A stretch of DNA of 64,000 nt. It comes from a virus. The number at the start of each line of letters is the position of its first letter. The stretch's first letter is position 1. Below, piece by piece: positions 35,930-45,417 of the stretch. The notes beneath the pieces are model-generated. The model was not told where the DNA came from and ran no database searches. It worked only from the letters and a program-made list of their open reading frames with translations. The stretch covers positions 32,001 through 96,000 of the IMG/VR virus record IMGVR_UViG_3300023174_003433; one strand, 5' to 3'. The translations under genes and the position numbers were made by a program.

Positions 35930-38842
35930 TTACCCTATTAATATAAAGAGACCACTCTCGGTTAAGAGTGAGTATCCATCTTCCGTTATTAGTTCTGGAG
36001 TATTGTATAATCCTACATCTCCATAAATTATTACTGACTGTGTATTAGCATTCTTATTAACAGTAATTCTTGTATTTGCTATAGGTCCTAAAGAACTATT
36101 ATTTATTGAGAAGTTACCATTAGCAAATCTCTTAGTAATCGTATAGAACGTTCCGCCATTATTTAAAGAAATTGTGTCACCAACAAAGAATATACTGTTG
36201 GAATTTGCTAATTCTCTAAAATTACCATCATATTGTCCAGTCAAGGTGTTTATATTTATGACGTTTGAAGATGAACCTATAGAGGCAAAAGCAACATTTG
36301 CAAAAGTTAAAAATACATTATCTTGCATATAAATCTGATTATTTGACCAATCCACATTAGTAATGGTAGAGTATGCTCGAATATTATTGGTGGCTGTGAA
36401 TTCTATAAAATCATTAGCGAATATGGTATTTCCTATATTGCCGGCAATAACATTGGTCAATTTAATAATATTGTTACTAATTGTTGATGATGTGGCCACA
36501 ACGGATAGAGTGGCATAGGCGGCCGTACCAGCAAGATAGGACAATGGATAACCATTCTGAAACGCATTATCTGAAGTAAAGATAAATGAATTTACTGCTT
36601 TTAATAAATTGCGACCAATTAACCTTGTTCCTGATGGATGAACTAAATTTAATACCAGTTCTTTGTATTTTGCCAAAGCTTGTGTGGTGGAAAGAACATA
36701 TGTGTATTTGTTGTAGTTTTTACTCTCTAAAACTCTACCTAAAGAAGAAATCCAACCATCATCATTTAGATATTTTCCTTCACCTAAAACCACACCACCC
36801 AAGAAAGATGCTGTTGCTTTTGCTGTACCATCACCATATCGTTTAATTGATGTTGGATTTCCAAATTGATCAACATAAGAAGTAACAGATGGCATGATTA
36901 AGGTGTATGTATTTGCATTAACATCTTTATCAATTTTTAATGGCAGTGTTGAATTATAGTCACCCACATAATTATAAGTTCTAATTTGATACACATCATT
37001 TGCTGTGTTTGGTGGTGCGGCTGTACTTAATTTTAATGTAGAATCGACATAAGCATAATAATTAGTATTTGCTGTGGTACCTTGATAAATTAAATCACCA
37101 GATGTGATTGGATATAAAAGAGAAACATTAGAAACAGCAACATCGGCAACTCTTAATGATAAGTTTGGTGTAGAAACATAATCTTCACCTCCATTAATAA
37201 TATTAATTGTTTGTATTGAACCAATAGAATCTGTAGTTGGAGAAAAAGTTGCACCAGCACCCATAATACCAGGTATTATTAAAGACGCATTTGAACCTGA
37301 AAGAGAATATACATTTACTGTGGGTAAATAATTTGAATCATATCCAAGTCCACCTAAAGGATATGCACTATTTGCGGTGTCTGTTGTTTCAAACCTGTAA
37401 TTTGCGGAGATAATTGAACCTGCAGCATTTACTCTAATGTTTGCATATGCTCCAAATCCTGTACCACCAAGAATCGTAATTGTGTTTGAATTGCCATAAT
37501 TAACACCGCCGTTTAAGATCCGAATTGGTTGTAATATACCAAGAACGCTAAAATCGTCTGTGCCAAAATCCGTTGTATAGTTTGACTGCGCAATAATTGT
37601 CGGTGCAGTAGAATAATTTTTTCCTGAATTGGTAATTTGTACTGAACCAATTGGTGCCACCACAAAAGTTTTAAAGGTTAATGTATTCGATAAAGTTGTA
37701 TTTGTATTTCCTAAAGCAATAACTCCACCGCCAAATGTATATGTTACAGGATGAGTTGTATTTCCTAATAAAACATTAGCAACTGCACCTAATGTATTAC
37801 TTGTTACTAATGTAAGGTTTGCAAATTTACTTTCATCTAACAATGATATTTGTGCTGCAGCATTACTACCTCCACCACCAGTAATTGATATTAGAGTATT
37901 TGGCGGTAATCTATAACCATGAGAAGGATTAACAACAACTAATGTTGCCAGACTACCAAGATTTGTGTCACCAACTTCTGCAGAAAGACCTATTGGATTT
38001 GCTTTATTTGGATCTAAACCTCCATAAGCAACAATTGGATCACCAGTACTATAGAATAAACCTTTATAATTGGGGTTGAGTGCAATTGCTGAAACTGTGC
38101 CAACAATTTTTTCAGTTAATGTTACCGCACCTGCAGGTATTTCATAACCTTGGTTTTGTACATAAATTTCATTGTTATAAAAATAAACTTCTAAATTATT
38201 ATTATCAACAACTGTAATATTTTCTCCAGCTGTAAATTGTCTTTGTATATTTGAAATGTATAATTCTATTCGTTCACCAGCAATTTTAACGTAATCAATT
38301 ACAGCATACGATTTACTAGTTTCACCAAAAATTTTAAAACCTTCGGTTAAAAGCCAGTTCAAATCTGCAGATTCAATTCTTAAATATTTTGGTATAATCC
38401 ATTTACCATCAGATGATCTTAACACGGCATCATTGGTATTAAAAAGTTCTAGATTTGCATTATATAAAACTTTAAACAAGAATTTATAAGAATTTTCGGT
38501 ACCTTTTGCTTGATAAAACTGTTTTGATATTTTTAATAATTTTCTTTTGTCTGTGGATATTTCAACAGGAATATATGGAAGAAAATCATTAAGAAAATAT
38601 TGAACAAATTCATCAAGTGTTTCATCAACATCAACATAATTTAAAATATTTTTTGAGCCATAGGTTATGCCTTGGCTAGTGGTACTAACAATGGTACTAT
38701 TGGCATTGGCCGTATATTGAGTTTCTAACCACTCATAGTATGCCTCTAAGAAAAGTACAAAATTTTGATAATTGCTATCGTCCCGAACAAATTCGGGAAG
38801 TTGTTGAGCAATTTGTACTGAAGTTTTTTTACTTAAAGACAT
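35930..38842 (-). CDS. gp7: Baseplate wedge protein (gp7-like)
   Basis: QLPEFVR..FLEAYYEWLE, FYQAKGTENSYKFLF, SDGKW, LVHPSG; located between gp6 and gp8. Confidence 0.75.
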   Translation of the reverse strand: MSLSKKTSVQIAQQLPEFVRDDSNYQNFVLFLEAYYEWLETQYTANANSTIVSTTSQGITYGSKNILNYVDVDETLDEFVQYFLNDFLPYIPVEISTDKRKLLKISKQFYQAKGTENSYKFLFKVLYNANLELFNTNDAVLRSSDGKWIIPKYLRIESADLNWLLTEGFKIFGETSKSYAVIDYVKIAGERIELYISNIQRQFTAGENITVVDNNNLEVYFYNNEIYVQNQGYEIPAGAVTLTEKIVGTVSAIALNPNYKGLFYSTGDPIVAYGGLDPNKANPIGLSAEVGDTNLGSLATLVVVNPSHGYRLPPNTLISITGGGGSNAAAQISLLDESKFANLTLVTSNTLGAVANVLLGNTTHPVTYTFGGGVIALGNTNTTLSNTLTFKTFVVAPIGSVQITNSGKNYSTAPTIIAQSNYTTDFGTDDFSVLGILQPIRILNGGVNYGNSNTITILGGTGFGAYANIRVNAAGSIISANYRFETTDTANSAYPLGGLGYDSNYLPTVNVYSLSGSNASLIIPGIMGAGATFSPTTDSIGSIQTINIINGGEDYVSTPNLSLRVADVAVSNVSLLYPITSGDLIYQGTTANTNYYAYVDSTLKLSTAAPPNTANDVYQIRTYNYVGDYNSTLPLKIDKDVNANTYTLIMPSVTSYVDQFGNPTSIKRYGDGTAKATASFLGGVVLGEGKYLNDDGWISSLGRVLESKNYNKYTYVLSTTQALAKYKELVLNLVHPSGTRLIGRNLLKAVNSFIFTSDNAFQNGYPLSYLAGTAAYATLSVVATSSTISNNIIKLTNVIAGNIGNTIFANDFIEFTATNNIRAYSTITNVDWSNNQIYMQDNVFLTFANVAFASIGSSSNVININTLTGQYDGNFRELANSNSIFFVGDTISLNNGGTFYTITKRFANGNFSINNSSLGPIANTRITVNKNANTQSVIIYGDVGLYNTPELITEDGYSLLTESGLFILIG

Positions 38843-40908
38843 TATATTTTAGCAGCAATGTTTATATTAATTGAATCTGGATCAGTTGAATCAAGTGTGA
38901 CAATCTTATCTCTACTAGAAGATATAATTGTTGATACTGGTGTGGCTTGAATACTTAAAACACCGGTTGTATTGTTTATTTGAGTTGGATTAAAAGCAGT
39001 TAGTGTCACAATACCTGTACCATAATTAACAGTACCAGCAGTAGGATCTAAAACAGTTTTTACACCATTGTTATAATAATACGTCCTTAATGTGCCTATG
39101 TTTCCTGCTAATACAGCATATGCAGAGGCCAACGAACCTCCACCACCTGTAATTTGAACTAATGCTTGGGTGTAGTTTGAACCTGCATTTGTAATTTCAA
39201 TACTAACAACTTGGCCATTAATAACTGTGGCGGTAGCAGTAGCACCAAAACCATCACCAACAATAGTAACTGTTGGTGTTGTTGTGTAATTAAAACCAGG
39301 ATTTACAATTGAAATTGAATCAATTATTGATGTAGATGATGGTGTTTCTTCCAAATAAACAACTTCTCTAATAATGTTATTGTTTTTAGAATCTCTATAT
39401 TGGAATGTTGGATTTGCCGTAATACTTCCTGAATATATGTCTTTCTTTAAAGATGTATCAAAATTAAAATTATAAGTTGTTGAGTTTAATAAATCTGGAA
39501 CAAATCGTTTTTGTAAAATAATTGATGCATCATTTGTAATAAATGAAGGACTTACCGATTGTACAGTAGTTATTAAAGAAGATAATTTGAATGTTGAATT
39601 GAATGTATTTAATGTACTAGATCCAAATGACTGAATAGCACCCAACACTTGTGTTTCTAGTTGTGTTGCTGAATAGGCTGTTAATCTTGGTGTGTATAAT
39701 ATATTTGAAGTAATTTTTAAATAGGTATAATCAACATCCACTATTCTTGGTACAACAGTTAATATACTAATAGGTTTAATAATTTCAGTTTCAACAATAC
39801 GTTTTTGTGTTTCTGTCAATACATAACCACCTCTCGGTTTAATGGCAACAAGAACGGTACCATATACGGGAGGATCATTTTCTTCTCCGCCCCATACGTT
39901 TACTGCTTCAATTGGAATTAAACCAGCATTATTTTGAATTTGATAAATATAATCTTCTTTTGTTACTGCACGACCTTGTGCAGAATATGCTTTTGGTGCT
40001 GTGTAACGAATAGAATCGAGTGTTTCTTTATCTGATCCTTGAGTTGTTGATGTAATTGGTGTGATGACTGTATTTGAATAACCTGCAATCGTGTCCATTA
40101 AAACAAAGTTATTGGCACCATAAGATGCTGTACTACTTGTTGTGATGTATGAAACAATTACTTGATTGCCATCAGTCAATAATTTACCTAAAACACCATC
40201 ACCAAAGTAAATTTGATAATTGCCATTAGGACCTTCTTGTAAGAAATATACAGCAGAAGTGGGATCTAATTCCAAATAAGCTTCGGCCAATGAGTATACT
40301 TCTGAATATGTATTTGAAGTGCTTTGTTGAACGACTACAGTTAGTGTTGAAGTATCAATTGTGGAATCTGGCATTTCAAAAGTCTTTGAAGGGTTTTGAG
40401 TTGCGTCATAATTAAATGTGAGATTAACGGGCTCACCTTGTTTAATTGTCAGATTTGAGAATGTGGCTGTCTGATTAACTGTATTAGTATTTACAGTAGT
40501 GTCTGTTACTGTCACAAAACGATAGTTGATGCCATCAATTGCTTCCGAGATAAAATTGGTAAATTTTGGTAGTGTTACAGCCAAATCTGTAACTTGATTA
40601 ATTTTTAAGTCAATCGTTGCAGATGGAGCCGATGCAGATGTGGGAGTATAATTCAACAACTTGGCTTGAGATACTACCGACTGACGTTGAATAGCTGAGT
40701 CCAAGAACATCTCATTAGCCACCATATTCAAATAGTAAGCATTGTATTGAGTATTATAAGCAAGAATATCTAAAAGAGTAGAAAGTGCAGAACCTTCGTA
40801 GTTATAATCTTTTAGTGTATCTTGTGACTGTAAATACCGTTTTAGATTGGTTTTAATTGTATTAAAATCTAAATCTGTTATCTGAATATTGGAATTAGCC
40901 CCTGCCAT
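38842..40908 (-). CDS. gp6: Baseplate wedge subunit gp6
   Basis: LDFNTIK.NLK.YL, DYNYEGSALS.LLDILAYNT.YNAYY.NM..NEMFLDSA, RAVT.EDY, WGGEENDPP.YG. Confidence 0.95.
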   Translation of the reverse strand: MAGANSNIQITDLDFNTIKTNLKRYLQSQDTLKDYNYEGSALSTLLDILAYNTQYNAYYLNMVANEMFLDSAIQRQSVVSQAKLLNYTPTSASAPSATIDLKINQVTDLAVTLPKFTNFISEAIDGINYRFVTVTDTTVNTNTVNQTATFSNLTIKQGEPVNLTFNYDATQNPSKTFEMPDSTIDTSTLTVVVQQSTSNTYSEVYSLAEAYLELDPTSAVYFLQEGPNGNYQIYFGDGVLGKLLTDGNQVIVSYITTSSTASYGANNFVLMDTIAGYSNTVITPITSTTQGSDKETLDSIRYTAPKAYSAQGRAVTKEDYIYQIQNNAGLIPIEAVNVWGGEENDPPVYGTVLVAIKPRGGYVLTETQKRIVETEIIKPISILTVVPRIVDVDYTYLKITSNILYTPRLTAYSATQLETQVLGAIQSFGSSTLNTFNSTFKLSSLITTVQSVSPSFITNDASIILQKRFVPDLLNSTTYNFNFDTSLKKDIYSGSITANPTFQYRDSKNNNIIREVVYLEETPSSTSIIDSISIVNPGFNYTTTPTVTIVGDGFGATATATVINGQVVSIEITNAGSNYTQALVQITGGGGSLASAYAVLAGNIGTLRTYYYNNGVKTVLDPTAGTVNYGTGIVTLTAFNPTQINNTTGVLSIQATPVSTIISSSRDKIVTLDSTDPDSININIAAKI

Positions 40909-40909
40909 T

Positions 40910-41302
40910 TTATCTATTTCTCTCTAAAAGGAGTGTTACTGTGGTTGGTAATGTAGCATTTTCTATATAAAATGTTATAGTAGCATTATATGCATTGTAG
41001 TCTGGTTGTGCAGATACTACGACACTATCTACTCTGGCTCTTGGCTCATAGTTTTCTATGACGTTTTGAATTTCTCTTTCTAAACTGGTAGCCGTTAAAG
41101 GAGAAACCATTTCAAACAATAAAGCATCAATATTTGAACCTAAATCTGGATTAAAAGGCCTTTCATAATGCCTAGTTAATAATAGATTGCGAACAGAACG
41201 AATTACTGCCTGAGTATCAAAACTCAAAGCAACATCACCTACTACCGGTTTTTTGGTAAATGTGAAGTCGATATCGGAGTATATTCTGGTTAAGCTTGCC
41301 AT
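40910..41302 (-). CDS. gp25: Baseplate wedge subunit gp25
   Basis: YSDID, SVRNLLLT..YERPF.PDLGS, IENYEPR. Confidence 0.93.
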   Translation of the reverse strand: MASLTRIYSDIDFTFTKKPVVGDVALSFDTQAVIRSVRNLLLTRHYERPFNPDLGSNIDALLFEMVSPLTATSLEREIQNVIENYEPRARVDSVVVSAQPDYNAYNATITFYIENATLPTTVTLLLERNR

Positions 41303-41306
41303 TCTT

Positions 41307-41314
41307 TATTTATA
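41307..41314 (-). promoter_or_regulatory. T4-type late promoter TATAAATA
   Basis: Exact consensus only 4 nt upstream of the gp25 ATG, implying a nearly leaderless transcript. Confidence 0.65.
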
Positions 41315-41495
41315 TTGCTTCCCAGGTTTCTGAATCATCATCATTGATAGTTACTTTAGAAATGGGAGAATTACTAGTTTGTGAAAGATAAAATTGCCAA
41401 GCAACTTCTTTTGCTTTAATATTAGCTAATTCAATTGTTTCAGCATCTTCATATAGACCTATACTAGGATTTACAACTTTATAAATTATTCTCAT
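41310..41495 (-). CDS. Small hypothetical protein
   Basis: MRIIYKVVNP... starts directly after the adhesin stop. Confidence 0.55.
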   Translation of the reverse strand: MRIIYKVVNPSIGLYEDAETIELANIKAKEVAWQFYLSQTSNSPISKVTINDDDSETWEAI

Positions 41496-41496
41496 T

Positions 41497-42516
41497 TTAA
41501 CTAATCGCTCCGTATGTTGTTCCCGAACCACTTGTTGTTGCTGAATAACCATTTAATGCAATTGCTTTGCCGCCTGCGCCACCAGCAATTGATCCGGCAG
41601 ATGCGGTGCCACCAGATGCACCCCAGCCACCGCCACCTCCACTACCATGGCTATTGGAGGGACTGGCTACTGAACCAGCATTACCTGCACTACCGCCGGC
41701 ACCACCGGTACTAGGACCTCCGGGACCACCTGCGCCGCCAGTTCCTGGTAATATTCGGCCTCCGCCGCCGCCGCAGCCACCAACAGCTGGATTTGGTGGA
41801 CCAGTAGCAATCGTGCCGCCTGCACCGCCACCAGCACCGCCACCAGAACCGCCAATGTTACTTGATCCATACGTTTGGCCTCCATTACTTCCTGAAGAAC
41901 CTATTGATCCTCCAGTTCCAAAAGGACTTGTAAATCTGCCCAATCCTCCATCTCCGCCACCGGCACCGCCACCACCGCCAGCTAAATTACCGCCACCACC
42001 GCCGCCACCACCAGCTATAAATGCACCTGAACCATTTACTATAGTGACATTGATGCCTAAAGATATCGCCGGACCTCCTGAAGCACCAGCTGTTGTTCCA
42101 GAATTAGTGCCTCCTTTACCACCTTTTCCAATAATATATCCGTTATTGGTTAATGTTACACCATTAGGCCAAGAACCATCAATTGTTAAACCTGCTACAC
42201 CAGTATTATCTGACCAAACATATACACCAGCACCAATTGTGGCCGCAACAGCAGCTGTGCCGTCCCATCCAGCAGCCAATGCTAATGTTCGCAAATTTAC
42301 TTCTTGTTGGTTAGATGAAATAGTAAAAGAAAACGAACTTGATTTACCATAACCATTAAACATACTTATTGGTCCACTAGCGACACCCAATAAAGTTCTT
42401 ACAGAAGAATCAAACAAACTAAGTTGTGCTGTTTCACTAAGACTCAATTCTTTCGCTATTGATTGACCTGTAATAGAACCAATTAAACTAATTGGACCAG
42501 AAGAATTCAATGGCAT
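41497..42516 (-). CDS. gp38-type glycine-rich adhesin (polyglycine-sandwich receptor-binding protein)
   Basis: VTLTNNGYIIGKGGKGG...GGPAI...IAGGGGGGGG...GGAGGKAI...GTTYGAIS follows the T2/S16 gp38 layout. Confidence 0.8.
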   Translation of the reverse strand: MPLNSSGPISLIGSITGQSIAKELSLSETAQLSLFDSSVRTLLGVASGPISMFNGYGKSSSFSFTISSNQQEVNLRTLALAAGWDGTAAVAATIGAGVYVWSDNTGVAGLTIDGSWPNGVTLTNNGYIIGKGGKGGTNSGTTAGASGGPAISLGINVTIVNGSGAFIAGGGGGGGGNLAGGGGGAGGGDGGLGRFTSPFGTGGSIGSSGSNGGQTYGSSNIGGSGGGAGGGAGGTIATGPPNPAVGGCGGGGGRILPGTGGAGGPGGPSTGGAGGSAGNAGSVASPSNSHGSGGGGGWGASGGTASAGSIAGGAGGKAIALNGYSATTSGSGTTYGAIS

Positions 42517-43712
42517 TATGGAGTTCCGCCAGCAATAACATTATTAGCAGAAATAAAGATTCCGTTTGCACCCATTGAAGCAATCACAGTTGCCCCATAC
42601 TTAAATATTAATTTTCCGCCAGATTCAGATATAGAAAAATTAGAAGTTGTCAATGTATTTGCTGCAAGATTTCCAATAATTTGAGTATTGGCTACTTGTG
42701 TTGAAGAATTAAATGCTGGTGTGCCTATTCCGGTGTTTGCAAATGTCACACGACCATAGGCATCAACAGAAATAGTTGATAATGTATATGTTCCAGGAAC
42801 AACACCAGTAACCGATAATCCTTCAGTAGACGTTGAGGTGCTTGTGCTCGTAGTTGTTGTACTTGTACCAGAATATATGTTATTTGGATAACCTACAGGT
42901 ACACTATACTGTAAATAATTTTGTAACTTGGTTGTACCAATATTTAAATCTTTAATGAGATACGATGAATTTACGCCAAGATTTGAGAACTGAAGAATAG
43001 TATTGTAATCTTGAATAAGAGAAATTGAGTTTGTATAGAATGTTGTGTCGCCTACTCGCCTACTATTCAATAAATTAAATGCTGTTTGAGCCGATGCAAT
43101 AATAGTATTCATTGAGGCTCTTGATATGTCACTATAGGTATTACTGCCAACTATACTTAAACTGGCATTTAATGTGGTAGCACTACTGGATAATTGTATA
43201 ACACTATTTGAAACATCTTGTACAACTGCCAAACTGGTAAAATTACCAAGAATTGGTGCATTGTTTTGAACACCATCAACTTGATTACAAATTTGCAAAA
43301 CTTGCCGGCCAATCGACATAGCAATTTGATAATCTGGTATTGTGAGTTTGTTTGTTGATTCTGTTACACCAGACATTCTGTTGGTGTGGTCTGTGAAACT
43401 TGATATCTCAATTAAAAGATTATTAGCCAAAGCATTCAAAGTATTAGCTTCTATTGGTGCTACGTTATATGTTACTGTTTGAGTATTTGAATATGTGAGC
43501 AACTGGTTTGTATAACTTGTCATCAAAGTCAAATTAGCAGAATGTGGATTCTGAAAATAATTTGCAACAGAACTTCCGGACAAATCACTGGCCTGCCAAG
43601 TGTATAAAGGACTTGGATAATTTAGTGTAAGTTTTTGACCGTCAGTAAGTTCGTTGTTTGCACCAAACTTAGCTGAATCAAAATTATAATTTAATCTACC
43701 AAAAGCACTCAT
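42516..43712 (-). CDS. Hub-associated structural protein with fibre-like C-terminus
   Basis: Helical N-terminal region; GTYT...VDAYGRVT fibre motif; C-terminal GGKLIFKYG..IASM..NG. Confidence 0.5.
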   Translation of the reverse strand: MSAFGRLNYNFDSAKFGANNELTDGQKLTLNYPSPLYTWQASDLSGSSVANYFQNPHSANLTLMTSYTNQLLTYSNTQTVTYNVAPIEANTLNALANNLLIEISSFTDHTNRMSGVTESTNKLTIPDYQIAMSIGRQVLQICNQVDGVQNNAPILGNFTSLAVVQDVSNSVIQLSSSATTLNASLSIVGSNTYSDISRASMNTIIASAQTAFNLLNSRRVGDTTFYTNSISLIQDYNTILQFSNLGVNSSYLIKDLNIGTTKLQNYLQYSVPVGYPNNIYSGTSTTTTSTSTSTSTEGLSVTGVVPGTYTLSTISVDAYGRVTFANTGIGTPAFNSSTQVANTQIIGNLAANTLTTSNFSISESGGKLIFKYGATVIASMGANGIFISANNVIAGGTP

Positions 43713-43720
43713 TTATATTC

Positions 43721-44467
43721 TCACATTAAAGGTGTAGGTAAAGAAGTAACGCCAAAATCTTTACTTAAAACTGCATGATTGTGTATGTCATAAATTATAC
43801 GATCCATCACCATAGTTCGTACTATATCTGTCACCATAATTCCTGATACCCAACCTGGAATAGGATTTAAAGGTACAGGAGAACCAGCAGAAATATAACC
43901 TGGCGTTACCATGCCCAATGTAGCAAAACATTGTAAGCCAGCATTTAAATTACCTAATGCTGAAACACTTTGTGTTGCAGCCACACTACCCGTCACATTC
44001 AATTGGCCATCGACATTGATTGCTTGAGCCTGTAAACTAATATCACCAGATGAAGCAATATCTACATCACCTTTGCCAACTATTTTTGTGGTGCCATCAA
44101 CTGTCTGTGTAACATCACCTTTGACTTGTTGAGTGACGTTGCCCTCTACTTTCATCAAACTATCACCTTTGATGGTTACAACACAAGCACCTTCAATAGT
44201 AATATTACATTGGCCAGTAATTTGTACATCTTTATCACCTAAAACAATCTCGTAGCCATTACCATAAATTTTATGAACTTCACCATCAGGTTGCATTTCT
44301 AAAAATGTACCATCACGATGTTGAACACGCACACGCTCCCTATTAGGTGTGTCATCCATTTCTATTAAATGGCCAGATTCAGATTGTTGTGCCTTATTAT
44401 ATGGGTATTGTGGCGGATTATCTGAATCTACTACGACCGGTTCTGTCCATGAACTATCTATTGTCAT
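43721..44467 (-). CDS. gp5: Baseplate central spike, gp5 C-terminal part (beta-helix)
   Basis: YPYN...ESGHLIEMDDTP..ER...H..GTF.E; VxG repeats; terminal HNH. Confidence 0.85.
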   Translation of the reverse strand: MTIDSSWTEPVVVDSDNPPQYPYNKAQQSESGHLIEMDDTPNRERVRVQHRDGTFLEMQPDGEVHKIYGNGYEIVLGDKDVQITGQCNITIEGACVVTIKGDSLMKVEGNVTQQVKGDVTQTVDGTTKIVGKGDVDIASSGDISLQAQAINVDGQLNVTGSVAATQSVSALGNLNAGLQCFATLGMVTPGYISAGSPVPLNPIPGWVSGIMVTDIVRTMVMDRIIYDIHNHAVLSKDFGVTSLPTPLM

Positions 44468-44475
44468 TACTCATC

Positions 44476-45417
44476 CTATGATAATTGTGGTACTACTAAA
44501 GCCGTATTTCCGCTGGCCACCACTTCTTGTATATTAATTGCTGATTGCACTTCTGCTTTTAATTCATTCAACACAGCAGTTTGGTCAGTCAACGTGCTAA
44601 CTACTTGTTGAGCAGCTTTTAATTCAACTGTTGCTTCGGCTAAACATTTTGCTAATAATGCCTGTAATTGTGCTGGCAGGCTTTGTATATATGCGATTAA
44701 TTGTTGTAGATACTTTATGTATTCTTGGTAAGCTCGTATCTCATCAATAATAGGCTCTATTTCTTTTTGAATTAATTTAACTTTTGCTTTTAATGCCAGA
44801 GCAACTTCTTTTGCTTCTTCAATAATAGGTGTGCTTGATGTGCCGGCCCACAAGCCTTCTAATGTTGTTCGTATTAACTTAACGATACCCATAACTTCAG
44901 ATTTAATCACTGCAACATCTTTATTAATCTCTACAGCTACGTTACAGATGTGTGTACGATTATTGGCCGCTCGACCTTGAGGAGTATTTGCAACTACACC
45001 TCTGGCTGAAGGTGATGTGGTGGGCTGTCCTACTGATTCAACAACAATACCATCTGGTGGTTTGGGTGCAGCTGCAATTTGTGCTGGTGTTCTTGGATCT
45101 TGGAAACCTGCATCACCGCCTGCAGATTGTTTTATGCCAGAATATACTCCCATAATTACAGGATCTTGATTTGATTCACCATCAGCAAAAAATCCTACGA
45201 CATATTCTCCTTCTTTAGGAGGTGAAAAATTTTGTGTTGAATTTGGTGAAACAAGACAAGCCGCCCATGGTAAATCTGCTGTGGGTATTAATTGTTTATT
45301 TTCTGTATGATAACCAAAAATACGAACTTGACACCGACCCAACTTTAAAGGATCAGTTCGAGTTTCTACAACACCGACCCACCAATTAAACCCATCTTTT
45401 CCAATAAAATTTTCCAT
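44476..45417 (-). CDS. gp5: Baseplate hub gp5 N-terminal OB-fold part with helical extension
   Basis: WWVGVVE.R.DPLKLGRCQVRIFGYH, LPWA, VVGFFADG...Q.PVIMG. Confidence 0.9.
   Translation of the reverse strand: MENFIGKDGFNWWVGVVETRTDPLKLGRCQVRIFGYHTENKQLIPTADLPWAACLVSPNSTQNFSPPKEGEYVVGFFADGESNQDPVIMGVYSGIKQSAGGDAGFQDPRTPAQIAAAPKPPDGIVVESVGQPTTSPSARGVVANTPQGRAANNRTHICNVAVEINKDVAVIKSEVMGIVKLIRTTLEGLWAGTSSTPIIEEAKEVALALKAKVKLIQKEIEPIIDEIRAYQEYIKYLQQLIAYIQSLPAQLQALLAKCLAEATVELKAAQQVVSTLTDQTAVLNELKAEVQSAINIQEVVASGNTALVVPQLS

Noticed and set aside
41567-42352. 261-aa proline-rich plus-strand ORF
   Set aside because: It is the antisense shadow of the glycine codons of the adhesin gene.
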